Below are positions 1-14,686 of a stretch of DNA of 64,000 nt, piece after piece. The translations under genes and the position numbers were made by a program. Every line of letters starts with the position of its first letter. Position 1 is the stretch's first letter. Location: contig NC_047024.1 of the NCBI RefSeq assembly GCF_902652985.1, forward strand, positions 36,456,001-36,520,000, written 5' to 3'. Below the pieces are notes generated by a model. It worked only from the letters and a program-made list of their open reading frames with translations, was not told the DNA's origin and made no database searches. Source of the DNA: Pecten maximus (taxonomy: Eukaryota).

Positions 1-3000
1 GGATTATAATTCTACTTCACACAATCATTTGCTCTGTTTTGAATTTGTTATCAGCAATGATAAAAAAATGTCAGGCCTGTCTCCTCTTCTCTTTATTTTG
101 AATCGGTTGCCTTTTGTGGAAATCTGAAGTGAGGAATGGGGATTATCCAGGTACATGTTCGTGGAAAATCTCTAGGTTTACATTTAATTTGTCACGAAAT
201 TCCCACCAGATCATAAGTTTGCCATGGTAGGTATTCCGTTATATTCAAAAGTTGATACATTGATAAGATTAGTGTATGAGATTGTGTGTTTTATCAGGGA
301 TTCTTCAGATTCCATCTGCAATGTGATAGCTGTATTGAGGTAAGACTGTCAATTCTGATAGGTGTAGGATAGGCAAGACAAGCTATCTATAGAAAACACA
401 CCTTATCAGGTACGTCTGGTGTACATGGCTCGGGTTTAATTTTCTATTCATTCAACGGGGAAGTTTACAAAACATTAATGTGAAACTGAATATATATGGT
501 TTGACTAAAGTAGGTGTTCATAGGTACCTTTATGAATTTCACTTACTTGATTCTAGAATAACTATATGCAAACATTTTTATATGTATAGGGAAGTAATTC
601 AATTTTTTTAATTGAGAAAAAATACAATTACTTTGAAATGTAAGTATCAAATGCAATTTGTTGATAGTTATAAGGTCATAAGGAAGTTGAGACATTTTAA
701 AAAGTATCTATGTTTATATCTATAATGAAGCGGAGAAATAAAGGGAAATTAGAGACAAGGAAGGGTGTGTATAGCCTTTACCTGATATATAATAAAAATA
801 TGTAATTGTTACACGGAAGTTTTAAAAAGTAATTATCAAATTTAAGATATACAGATGTGTGTACCAAGTATTGTTACAGAGTTTGGTTTGAGATGAAATC
901 AGAATTAGCTTCTAATTTAGAAATCAAATGGCTTTATTTGACGTACATCATTACCATGGTAATGAAATAAAAATTTAAAGATTTCTATGGGGTATGATAT
1001 AATATTTCTCAGGAATTATGTAATATTGGAATCAGACATGATGGATTCTGATAACAAACCTATCTTTGCCTATATTGATGTTGACACTGGGTAAATATGC
1101 CGCTTTTTCCTTTGACGAATAAATTGTACATGTTGGTATAGCTTAGTATTGGTTGCCGTGGTGTCAGACAGGTGAGGCCTTTGTATTGACCTTACTCCCT
1201 AACGGGCCCCACACAGGTAGGGCTAGGTAAGCCGACGTTTGGCGTACCTGTATATAATTGTATATAATTGTCTTTCATTTCCTGTGTATATGCCTTACAG
1301 GACTCAAGTGTTGACATACAATGTACATCCGGTGGCTAATACATTCATATTTCAAATGTTAGCGTTAGGGTTGACATACTTTTCCTATATGTTAATACAA
1401 GCAGATTATCAACAATCAACTTGAAAAGAAAGAAAGAAATAATAAAAGAATGAGAAAACTTAGGTATTGCACGTGACCACTGGGTCACTTTTGTAACAAT
1501 GGTAGAGCTACGGCAACCTATCCTTTTAAATACAGCTCTGATAAGCACCCAATCGAAAGGCAATAGGTGAAGAAGTAGAGTAAATAGATCTATATATATA
1601 GCGTGTTGTCAGGTAAGATAAAACAGGACACATTTAAATCAGTCAAATTATACCTAGGTATCATTTTATAGGTAGATCTCTGTTATGAATATTTATACCT
1701 GTCCTGATTGGCTGTTGGTATTGCGCACGCCACTTATCTGATAGAATCATTCAGCATGATGCTTCCATAGGCTGCGGTGCTGGTAAGTATCAATATACAA
1801 CTGTATATACTGCTACCAGTCCGAGCATACAACTACATCATCATCATCATCATCACATCATTACTAGCACGCGTCAAAGTTTACCCATTAGAAATTTGTC
1901 TATTTGGATTACAGAATTAACATTTATGGGAAAACAAAAAGCTAGTAAGTTGATTCTTTGAATTCTCATTGAATCCAATTTGACAAGATTTTGTAGTTAC
2001 AACAAGTATATATGTTAATGAATTAACAGAACAGCCTGCAAACAGATTGCAAAATTGAGAGAAATTACATTATTTTTTGGAATAAAAACTATGAGTGACT
2101 TTGTGAGTGCCACTGAATGGATAGGAGCTAGTATGACCCTGGTTGTTGCTTGCTAACGCTTTAATACCTGAGTCAAAGTGCCCAACAAAAGATGTGTTGC
2201 AATGATGAAATCAAGTAATTAACTTGTTGTTTGGACTTGTAACTTCAGATTTTTGGGGATTGTATTGAACAAAATGTTGAAACTGTTGTAACAACTCAGT
2301 ATTGTTTGTCGGCTAATACCGAAACATTTATACATTTATGCTTTGGGACTTGCCTGTTTTGAAAACTTTGAAAAATTATTGATTTCTGTTGAGCTGTGTG
2401 ATAAGGGGGTTGTTCCATAGACTTGTATGTATGAGGAGGTCGACGCTGGTACTTGTAGGGAGCAGATGGAAGGCGATGCATCAGGAGGAGAAGGAGGCTA
2501 AACTAACGGGTAAGTTTGATGTTGATCTGAAGGAAAGAGAAGGAGGGCAGAGGTGTTCCTTCTTATGTAATTTTCATTGATTATGAAATCATGTCTTGAG
2601 AAATCATACTAAGGTTTCATGTGATGTTACACAAACAGATTGTAATTGTAACATGTGGATGATCTGAACCGTTATCGTAAGTCTTGGATTGTTACTTAGT
2701 CTGTAACCGTAATTTGTAGATACCTAGGAGAGTATATGTGTTCAGGTGTGACCATTGTGTCTATGTTCTTGTGATTAGTTGGATGTAATGGTGATTGGGC
2801 GTCACGCAAACTGGACACTGACAGTAACGATGGTTTACTGGAGGTATGGAGGGACACTGATTGAACTGCCATGATGTAATATAAGGATAGCGATTACCAC
2901 GGCACCAGAGGCCCATGGTTTAGGCGGTCGGGTAAGAAGTGGAGTTTGATATCTCTATTGATTTTACTTGGTCAAGGCGGGTAAACCATTATTTGGGTAT

Positions 3001-6000
3001 GATCACCACATCCATTTTACTAAGATTGTAGGAGTATACCCCGCTGGCCAAGAGTCCTACTGCCATCCAGCATTGATCATCTGTCAAATCATCGAATATA
3101 TATCTATTGTCCGGTTCAGAATCAGTAGTAGGCTTTGTTTGTTTTAAAATAAGAAATCACTTGGAGGATTTGTTGTTATCTTTACTTTCATTAAAAAGAA
3201 TCGACTGATATGAGCTAGGATGTATCGCATATTCTTCGTGTTTATACAGGCAATATGTCAGACTCTGAAATTTAAGTTTGTCTTATATCTTAATGTTCCT
3301 TTATAAAAATATCTTCTACTTGAAAACTTCAGTTTAACTTACACTGTTTAAATATCTTGTTATTAAGATATCCTTTTTGAGAAGTTACCCAACAGAATTT
3401 ACCTGAATTTTGAAGATTTTTGACAGGTTTACTTCTTTGGAAATTTACTGCTAATGTTTTTTAAGTTCAGAAAGAATAATTAATTTCTTACTTTGATCTT
3501 TTAATGTTAAGGGATGTTTAAATGTCTCCTGTAAGAAATGTAGATTTTAAAATCTGATCTATACATTTTGATTTTTTTCTTTTAGATATTACTTTCAGTA
3601 GCAAATAATAACTTCCAAATAAAATTTTTAGTTGCAAGAATTTTTTTATTTCAAATTTGATAAAATTTTAAAGACTTCTGCTTTAAGAATTAATCAGTTG
3701 CTTTTATAGCATTTGACATTTCTAAGTTCTGCTATAAACATTCTCACAAAAACAAAATTGGACGAGGCAATGTATGCTGAAATTGAACTAACAAGTATTT
3801 TCTGTTTCATTTATATGGAGATATTAAATCTACATTGTGAAATCTATATGGTATGAAACTGATTTGACCATTGGACTCAAGGAAAATAGTAATATGAATC
3901 TGTGTTTAGTTTGTTATAAATATTCAAAATCTGTGGGAAATGTCCTTGTTTTTTAACATTTTAAATATTTCATAATTCATGATAGAAATTGTTTACTTTT
4001 GAAAATCCTGGATAGAGGAGAATTTTGTATTATTGAATTTGTTAAAATCATAGTTAAAAATTTTGTAGTATTTTATGTGTTAAAATCAAAGCTGTACAGT
4101 TCCAGAGATGTGTTGGACATGTCGGAATGAAACGTGTTGAAATTAAATTTACTTTTAAAATTCCAGTTTTACATTTGACATTTAAAATATAAGGTGAATT
4201 TGTAAGTGAAGATCTGATGCTGAAGGTAGTATAGTGTAAAGCTGTTAGGTGTATCAGTTTCTCCGGGGATTTGTAAAATGTTTTTTGGTCAATTTGACCT
4301 ATCATTTTCATTGTTAGGTTGTCATCTGTCTTGCATTTGTTGTCCCCATGGCGATGATGTGCCATTGTCATGTGTAGTCATGGGACAGATTACTCATGAG
4401 AAGTAACAGAACCCAGACTACTGATAAGTGCATCTTTACTCATTCAGTTTTAACGTTTCTCTGATAAACTCATGAATACCAATGGAGTTGGAGCCGAGTT
4501 TAGGGAATTTTATTCATCAAACCAGGCAGAGTTTGAAGGTACTATTAAATTTCAAACAACAAAAGACCTTTCACTTGAGACGAAATTCAAGTGCAATGGA
4601 AATATGTGAAGGGGACATATATGTAAGATTCCATTGAGCTGTGGCAAGAATGTGTAGCCTGAAGATCGAAAAATGGCCATGCGTTGTCGCGGCAACCTAC
4701 AGCGGAAGAGAACAAAAGCACTTTAGCCATGTATGTCATGGTATATATACTGACAGAGTCGAGGAATCAACTTCAATTACCCTGACCATTCTCCTCTGGA
4801 TTATTCCCAAGGTCCTCAAAAGGTTAAATGTTAGGGCTGCACAAAGGTCCTTGACAATCAGGATGCCACTGGTGAATGGTAGGGAGGGTGAGATGGTCAG
4901 TCATTGTTGCATTCTGCTCTGCGGGGAGGGTTTCTTTGGAAGTTTGACCCCTCCAAACCAAAGGTCAACATAAAGGTCAGCAGACAAGAAGACAGACAGA
5001 GCTGTCTTCTCACAATGGGCATCCTCTTGTTATGAAAATTGTGTAATCGCTCCGGACACTGGTGTTCTTATGGTCACTCTGTTGTCACAGCTGGTCAGTG
5101 CGGGGTTACTTGACAATGTCTAAAGTTCATTACCTTCCAGTTGACTTTTTAAGCTTACTAGTGGTCAGGTTGTTAGTGAGGCCCGCTGGACATATATATG
5201 GTAATTAGAATTGTGTTTCATACTGCTTTTAGAAAATAAATTCCAACAAATTTGTTACAGTCACCGATTTCTATAGAGCCTCCTTAGGATATAATGAGAT
5301 TGGTCAGTTACAAAGATGAAGATTAAGCTGTCAAATAGCTCAATGGAAACCTTTCCTTTACAGTTTCAAATACTTTGAAAAATAGCCTCATTTAAATTTA
5401 AATTCTAAAATACTTCACAGATGGGCAGTTATCAGACACCCATAATGTGATCTAGTGACTTGTCGTTAAGTACGATATAAAGCATTGTAGTTCAGAGTTA
5501 ATTGATATCAGCAAAATAATTTATCGCTGTAACAGGTACTAAAATGATTAAAATTTATGTTACCATTTTTGAGTTACTTCCTTGCAGTTGGAAAATTAGA
5601 ATCTAAACTTAACAGACTGAAAATCAATATTTTCATCAAAACAATTACAAAATAGGAAAGAGGAGAATTGAGAATGTAAGCAATTATTCTTCTAAATATT
5701 CCGATTCTTCACCTGCATTTCTAATTAAAAGCATTCGTTTTGATTATAAAACATAAAAACAGCCATTTCTACTGATCATTAATAGTGAAGGTTACGGAAC
5801 TGCTTTCAGAAATTACATAATAATTTTTCAAATTTTTGCTTGTTTCTCACCTTGGTTGGAGCATTTATTATTAAGAAACAGGTTGGTCAGAAACAAAATT
5901 ATGAAATATTACATAATATCATGTGTTACTAACGACATTTATCATGTGAAATACCTCACACATCAGAGGATTTCTTCATTTTTCTCTCTGTACAAATTTG

Positions 6001-8961
6001 ATATAACCTCTGCGTAAATTATGTGTATTTAAATTGAGCCCATCTGAAGTAAAATCTCTGCATCACGAAATCTTTCGATTTGAGATGCTTTCGAGTAATG
6101 CAAGGTTAAACTTGCATGTTATGATTTATCCTTTTGTGCAATCTGTGTTTGAGAATACCATTCATTAGCTTGCCATATCTTCGTGTGATGACCCATACAT
6201 TTGGAGTTTCTATCGTGGGTCAGTTACCATGTGAATAACCTCCGTCAATTTGCATTTAATTGTTCGATAACATTTTTCACAATTTACAAAGTTCTGTTGA
6301 TCCATGGATTAGAAGAATTTTTCTGTTTCATTGTTCCATAACAGGTTGTAAATTTTCGGAGCATTTTGAATAGTTTTATTTCAACATATTTTGTCGTATC
6401 ACTTCAGATTTTGTTATTAACAATAAATCTGGAAAGAGCGAAAAAATTAAAATATCAAAATTCTTTTAAGCTATGACATGAAAACCTATTGAATTACAAC
6501 ATTACGTGTTAGCCTTAAGTAGCCCTCCTTGTGGACTCAGATTTATAAATATAGGTTCTAGTGGTTGCCATGGCGTCAAAATGACATCAGTAATCATGGC
6601 TGTCAGAATAATGTAGGTGTTTCTATGACAATGGACGCATGATTTAATGTGGAATTTGATTCTAAGACAGATATGGCGGGCAATACATTATATAATTATA
6701 AACTTGGCATCATCAACTGTCATAATTGTAAGGAGTTGGCTGATGACGTATGCACATGCAACGTTACCTAAAACCCCTTACATGCAGTAACCATGGCAGC
6801 AATAACCACAGACACTTCACACTTGGTTTGAATCTGGTTACCATGGTTGCTATGCCTAAGTGGCTGCCTACTGGGCGGGATCATTTTGGGGATGACTGTT
6901 GGACCCTCTTTTCCCTGTACTATCCTACTTCGCTATGTTTTTCTTCTAAGACAATTGAGAAAGTGATAATAAACCGGGCCTGTATTGCATCATTTCAGTG
7001 TTTTAATGTGTTTCAGAGTTGATATAAAATCTGACGTAGAGGACGGCTGTCGATAGGGCTTTCATTGGAGCTCTGACACTCACCAGCTTTACCTTATTTA
7101 ACCCCACACAGTTACACCCCAGAATTCCGCAATAGAACTATTTATTTACCCAGTAAATTGATCTATCAAGGACGTGTTTTTTTTTTTTTCTTAACAAAGT
7201 GAGTACAAGTCCGATTAAAACAACAGTACTCATCGGGTAATTAAGGGTTATGGACAAAGCTATTGACAGATTGGAGTGTGCTGAGATTTGGCATTCACTG
7301 TAATAATCACTTTGTGACGATCAGTTATGACAAGATTTATAAACCTGAAGATGTTGTGTTATTGGGCCAGTTACATCACCTACTGTTGTTTAGTAGGATT
7401 CTTACCATTAGCTTGTGCATCTCCTGCACATCAATAAAAGGCTGGTAACTTGGAAGTGCTTGTGCCGCGGTGCGTGGGGCTTCTCCACTGCACAGCTATG
7501 TCCCCAGGATGTGGTAGCTGTTGTGCATACTAATACTAAGGACTCCTGGCTCCCTTGTCTTCCCTTGCATAAATCTCTGCTCCATGTCATGTAGTTAGGG
7601 TGTCACATTTCATAGATTTTAAAATATTTTTTAATGTGATGATTGAGAGCAATACCAATCTGCTCCAGTGAAGATTTTTAGGATGGGGAGAATGCCTGGG
7701 AGTGTTAGGCAATTTGAATGTGATTCCTCTCCGATCCAGTGAGAAGTTTTGAGTTAGGTAAAGTACCTGAGGGTGGAAGGTGACTAGAGTGTGATGCCAG
7801 AGCCTGGATGAGGACTTGGGGGATGGAGGGACTATCTGATAGTGCTAGACAATTCGGTTGTGGTGACAGTTCCAGGATGGGGACTTGGTATGCTCTTAGA
7901 GTGCCTGGGAATGGTATTCAGTTTGAGATCAAATGTCAGGGGCTAGTACCAGATACTGATAGATAATTTAAGGTTGATGCCAGTCTGCTTGGATGAAGAC
8001 TTGGGGGCTGAATTGGGTACCAGAGAGTGAAAGTTGTTGAATTGTCATCTTTCCATACTTTATGATAAGACAAGGCTCTGCACAAATGACCAATTATCTG
8101 TTGTGGATTTCCTAGGCTGTAATCATGCTGGTAGGTAGGATGACATGTTTTGGCCATAAAATGTGCATTATGGGGTTTAAAAAGAAATCGTAGAAACATT
8201 TCTTTCCAGATTTGTAGCTTATTTGTTGTATTGCTTGGATGGTTAATTAGAAAAATAGTGTCAACGATTTGAAACTTCCTTGTCTACTTTCACTGACATT
8301 TTGTATTATTGCATGTATCCCAGTGGACAGATTGGTTTAATTCTCCTCCGCTGTCACTGAATAGGCGATTCCAGAAATCAAAGGGGATGCTTTTATTTAG
8401 CAGGATGTTTCTAACATGATGTATGACATGATTTTAGTCATAAAATGGTTCAATTAAAATATCTATGTAGTTCAACTATTCATAGTTTACTCAAAAACTA
8501 ATTTATTATCTCTAAAGAATTGATTAGACTTTAAAATCATGATTATTCCAGAATATTTTAGGATTAATTAAGAAGAGTTTTATAGATAGTTATTAATTAA
8601 TTTAATACTGTTAGTGAATTGGCAAAAAAAATTGAAAGAAGTTTAAGGTTCATATTCAGTTTTAAAAAATAAAAAAAGGTTAGGTGGAATTTGAATTTAA
8701 AGATTTGCTTTGAGAATTAATTAACAATATTGATTTGATCAATTACTATAAATAGACTGTTGGTTTTTTGCTCCATGACATCAGAGCTAATTGTGGAACA
8801 CAACCACATCTGAACAAGATGAACTGTCATTGGTGATTGATCAATAGGTCAAAGGTCAAGGCCTCCTCAGCATGACCCCTATGTGTAAATGCTCTGCATG
8901 CATTTCATGTTGCAGAAAGAATACTGGAAGTGATGTTCAGGATAGTTTCTGTGTCTCTGTT

Positions 8962-9700
8962 TGGGTCTATGGGGTATAAGACTGATGGTAGACCGTGAAG
9001 GAGTTTCTGTTTGGGTCTATGGGGTTGAAGACTGATGGTAGACTGAGAAGGGGTGTCTGGTTCTGTGGGGTTGAAGACTGATGGTAGACTGAGGAGGGGT
9101 ATCTGGGTCTGTGGGGTTGAAGACTGATGGTAGACTGTGGAGGGGTGTCTGGGTCTGTGGGGTTGAAGACTGATGGTAGACTGTGGAGGGGTATCTGGGT
9201 CTGTGGGGTTGAAGACTGATGGTAGACTGAGAAGGGGTATCTGGGTCTGTGGGGTTGAAGACTGATGGTAGACTGTGGAGGGGTGTCTGGGTCTGTGGGG
9301 TTGAAGACTGATGGTAGACTGTGGAGGGGTGTCTGGGTCTGTGGGGTTGAAGACTGATGGTAGACTGAGGAGGGGTGTCTGGGTCTGTGGGGTATAAGAC
9401 TGATGGTAGACTGGGGAGGGGTATCTGGGTCTGTGGGGTTGAAGACTGATAGTAGACTGTGGAGGGGTGTCTGGGTCTGTGGGGTTGAAGACTGATGGTA
9501 GACTGAGGAGGGGTGTCTGGGTCTGTGGGGTTGAAGACTGATGGTAGACTGTGGAGGGGTGTCTGGGTCTGTGGGGTTGAAGACTGATGGTAGACTGTGG
9601 AGGGGTCTCTGGGTCTGTGGGGTTGAAGACTGATGGTAGACTGTGGAGGGGTATCTGGGTCTGTGGGGTTGAAGACTGGTGCTAGACTGAGGAGGGGTCT
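8962..9700. repeat. 46-bp G-rich minisatellite, ~16 copies
   Basis: Unit ctgggtctgtggggttgaagactgatggtagactgtggaggggtgt recurs with period 46 (e.g. 9241, 9287). Confidence 0.95.
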
Positions 9701-10937
9701 CTGTTTATTGTAAACAGGTTATCTCCCTAATGTTTATTGTAGGAAATAAATCTGGTGCAGGTTTCTGATCAATCAGTGCAATTTATACCGTTCACAATTT
9801 GATTCAGTGATTTTGAATCTTTCTCTGCACTTTTACAACATTTAAAGTACTCACAGCAGCCTCATTTAAGTGATTGCAACAGAATACAAAATTTGCAGGA
9901 AAATGCAAAAAGAACAGGCAGCCATGAACATTAATCTTGGACTGCAGATGATGAATCCGATGATAATCGATTTGGAATAGCTTCTTTGGAACTATACTAG
10001 GACATGGAGGGAGTAGGGAAGGTATTGATAAATGTATAGCTAGGTCAAGGTCAGAAATACCCAAATATTTAAACCCAAGTTTGTCTGCTTCCAAATAAAA
10101 ACACAAGACATATGATGTTGATCAACTCGCAGACTTCCTGTATTTAATCATGAAATACCAGTAAATCTTGTGTTTTTTTAAAGTTCTCTATAAATACATA
10201 CATTTGTATATCTTATCCCACAGAGGAATATTTTTCTTGTTGCTTTTCAATTCAATATAATCCTGCATGTTTCATAACAGATACAGAAGTTTTGGGACAT
10301 TCTATTCCCAAGTTGGCAATATTTTGAAATTTTTTATTTCTAAATGATAAATATCACATTTCCGTCACTTCTGTACATATGATTACATGGTGATGTCGGT
10401 GGTACCATGAGTATAAGATAGCTCATCCAATAAACATCCATATGGCAAGGGATATACATCATAGAAACCCCATTAAGATTTTATTGAACAAATTTGCATC
10501 ATTCAGTTTGACCTTTGTTTATGCTCTGGGATATTCTGTATAGAAACATTCTGGAACAAAAAACACAAGAATTCAAACCCAGCAGTCATAAAAGCAGGGA
10601 AGTATATTTGATAAGGAGAGCTTGAAGCCATGAAGATTGAAATAGCAATTAATTGTTCAAATCTCCCTGAAGGCTGATGTTCCCTGTATCAATTCAAATT
10701 TAGATGTTATTATTTTACATCTATTTTAAACGGTTTGCAGGGCGATATGTGATATGTATGTTTTGCAACACATAACAGGCATCTAAAAGGCATCTGGGAG
10801 CGCTATTTAAATTTTAGTGTCGTGTATCCCCCCAGGTGCAACGTCGCTAAATCTTGGGGATTTTAACTGATGCAAAAGAACACAGTCTCTGCATTTGGAT
10901 TGCTTTTAGATAATTCGTTACTACAGGTTTTGTCTTT

Positions 10938-11082
10938 CAACCAATCAGTTTCAAGCTTTCAAAATCTGCAAAAACCAATCAAATGCAGATTTAGAACCAT
11001 CTTGCCCAATCGATGTCAATTCCAAGCGTTTGTCCAATTACATTAAGTTGGTTCTACCTGGAATGCATCTCATGCTGTAAGT
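10938..11082 (+). promoter_or_regulatory. Cluster of four CCAAT boxes followed by a splice-donor-like site; possible alternative promoter or non-coding first exon
   Basis: aaccaatcag, aaccaatcaa, gcccaatcg and gtccaatt within ~100 bp, then ct|gtaagt at ~11077. Confidence 0.3.
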
Positions 11083-14000
11083 AACAGAATTTTTCAAAGT
11101 AACATTTTGTAGCACATAGAACTGACTGTACTTCATTAAAGAAGACAAAATATAGCCTGGTAACATTATTTGTATGTTGGGTGCTCTTTGGTGTTTATAT
11201 TGTTATTGATGTGAGTAAAAACTTAACAAACTCACTAAACTGTTGCTTTAGAGAACTAGGATCTTCAGAAGTTTGTTTTTCTCAGTTTTACTGATGCTTA
11301 ATTTTTATTGTGCCAGCATTTAGGAAGATAAAGGATTTTCCTGAATTTTCCCTGGATTCAAACCCTGGTCTCTAACTTTTCAGAAGTTTTCAATGTTAAA
11401 AACCTTTTTATACTTCAAAATTGAGGAAAATTTGTATATATTTAAACGTGCGTAGCAATTTTTTTTTTATAATTAGCAGTGGTGAAAAAAGAAATAAAAC
11501 TATTGGATGTTAGGTAGAAGAATTGCTATTCTGAACATGATATATTGAAAAATAATTTATTGAAAAAAAAATTAACAAATTCATACAGATCAATATTTTC
11601 GAAGAATAATAGATAATGTAAACAGCTTTCATTTGTCTTTCTGCAGAATCTGAAGTTCTGTCTGTAATTTGTAATTGTCATCGACCAATCGGATGTAACA
11701 TTTTTTTTCAGTCGTTATGACAGTGCTAAGGATATAGGCAATTGGTTTTACATGCTCGGCCTAGTACTTTATTCAGATATATTTATAGATGTCATTTTTC
11801 AAAATACGATGTTGATTTCAGTCATTTTATAAAATGTTTCAGAATAATTTGATTCTGGATGGGTATGCCTTGCTAATCAGCCTTATGAAATATCTATGCA
11901 GCCCTATCACCAGGAGCTGTCGTAGGAGATCTGCACACCCATATATACACAAATAGATATTGAGAATTTGTGCACTAGTTGGTAAATGAGATGTAAATTT
12001 GAATCACTGGCTCGCTGATAGTTCGGAACAAAGGAACATAATTCAGCACATTCTGCTAAACTTAATATCACCGTCCTTGCTGTCATTGTAATTCTTCAGA
12101 TATCCGGAGAATTAATAATTCTCAAAATAGGAAATGTCGATAATCCTGAATTTGCACATGTGACTAGATTTGTATAATTTTGTGTATTCTTGGGGAGGTG
12201 GGGGAAATGAGTGTTTTTGTTTTTGATTTTGGATGGGTTGTTTTTGTTTTTGGATGTGGATGAGTGTTTGTAATATTTTTGACCATATATGGACTTGGGC
12301 TGATGAAGAAACAAGAATTGGAATGTCTCTTCAGATTGTTTTCAACTGGCCCCGCAAAACTGTCATAAAAATGGCTCTGCCTCATCACAATTTGCATTTT
12401 CCATTTGCAAAAGATGTGCAAATTGTGATGTACTTAACATGCGCAGGGTTGAGCACGAGATCAAATTAAATTTGTGAAGTATTTATTGGTTTACAGTAAC
12501 ATGCATTTTACTGTCAGCGTTTATTGCCATAGTAACGTGATTGAAATGTAAATGCTATGTGTCAACAATTATTTCTGTTATGAGGGCCCTGGCTTGCACT
12601 TAATTTCTGTGCATTTTCTAGCCATAAGTATCCCCAAGCACAAGTTACTTTCTCAAAAGAGATAAAATTTATTGTCCCCCTTTGTGCTGTTTCCATGCGA
12701 GTATGTTTACTTTTCTGTATCTTTTTTCTCCCTAGTGGAGATTTCTTTGTTGTAGCAATGTGCCAGTCCAACTGTTCTATTCGATTTTGTTTTTATGGCA
12801 CACAACCCATTGAAAAGCCACGCTTATGGTATACGTCCTTTCACTGTAAATGCTTATTGTAAACTATTGTAGTAAGATGATTTTCTATTGTAAAGAAGAA
12901 ATGAGTCATCGAACAATTAATGAGATTCATACGATGATAATGACCCCAGCACTGAAGCGGCAGGTGTTCGCTTATATAAATCAATTTTACTGCTGCATTC
13001 ATACCCCATTGTGATGACGAAATTGATCTCTCGATTAGCCTGGGATTGATAGTTAGATAAAAACCATTTTACATAGGCCCATCTTAATGAAGAGTTATGT
13101 GTGTTCTAACCCAAGGATAACATCCCATTACAATTGTTTTAGTATAAATACATTCAGTGTTATAAACAATATTTTTCCTGGAGTTGTCCATTAGACTTTA
13201 TGAGTTGGGGCACCTGCTAACAATGAAAAACACTAATATGTATGTAAATGTATAATGACAGGTCCACAACTAACCTGATGTAAGAAAACCGTGGCTACAA
13301 TAACCGTTCTATCCCAGCTTTTCTCCATCTCTGTAAACACTGATTAACAAGAACCTTTCTGCTTGACTGTGTAACAAAGAAATGATTGGTTTCTGTATCG
13401 GGGTGCATTCAATACGCCTAATTGGTGTATGTAGGGTATTGTTGACTTGTTCTATATAGTGGGTATTTAAATTTGATTTTTAATCCTCACTATAATTAAA
13501 CATTGATTAATCCACGCTGCCACACACAATACAGCCAGGGTAGGGTTTGCCTTACTGCATCCTGGGTATTTTGTATCTGGCCCAGCATCGGTTGCAGATC
13601 AGCAATTACTGATGGTAGGTCATATTAGATTAACCAATTGCCAACACTGTACCTGTCTGCAAATAAAATTACTGTACTTATCAATGGACGAGATAAGTAC
13701 AATTTATTGGAAAACCGATATTTGGATAAAAATTCTATTCCTCTTGTAATTATTGCCTGTGGTAGTAATCAGTGTTCAAATAGATTAGTTTTTTTGTTGA
13801 TTTTCCATTTTGTTTTGTTGTATTATCAGTTCACTTGGATTATCTTTAATATTTTAATGATGATAAAAGGTTGAATTGAACAGATATTTTGATGAGGATT
13901 GCAAATTAATCGTGAAATTAAAGTCATTAGTTAGGTTATACATTAAAAAATTATGATCAATTAAACATGTTTTGATGAGGCAAGGATTTGTGGATGAAAA

Positions 14001-14560
14001 GCATTTTATTTGTCATTATAGAAATTGCAGAAAACAATTAACTATCATTATGAGGTTTGATGTTGTTTTAAATTCTTAAGACAAATCCATAGCTTTCAAA
14101 TTGTTCCCTAAATCCACTGAATGTTTCTTCATCAATTTTAGAGTCACACAAACTTCGTTTGAAGTGAAGTTGAAAGTCTTGCTACTGAGTTGTTCTGGTC
14201 CCAGAGGTAACCGGTCTCCCAATACATCAATGCTGTTTTAAATCTAATGTTTTGTTAGAATAATCCTGGGTTTAATTAATGATTTCATCCCCTTTGTATG
14301 TGAATTAGTCTGGCGGAAGATGTCCTTCTTAGAGGGATTAGATAAATACAGATAACTAACGTAGATTGACATGTATATCCATACACTGACATACAAACCT
14401 CTTATCAAAAACCCATCGAGATTACTTTCTATGTTACTCTATTGTCTGTTAATTAAAGCTGATTTCCAATCATTGCTTCATTACCATATATATTTGTAGA
14501 TGAACCATAGGGACCTTGTTAGACCAGTGCAGAAAAAATAATGCCAATAAATTTGTTCTT

Positions 14561-14686
14561 TGATATATATATAATAGAAGGAATTGTAACCATGATATAT
14601 ATATAATATAAGGAATTGTAACCATGATATATATATAATATAAGGAATTGTAACCATGATATATATATAATAGAAGGAATTGTAAC
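14561..14686. repeat. 32-bp AT-rich tandem repeat, 4 copies
   Basis: gaattgtaac at 14581, 14613, 14645 and 14677. Confidence 0.9.

Noticed and set aside
11350-11375. B-box-like ggattcaaaccctgg (tRNA/SINE-like)
   Set aside because: No A-box or cloverleaf; at most a tiny SINE remnant
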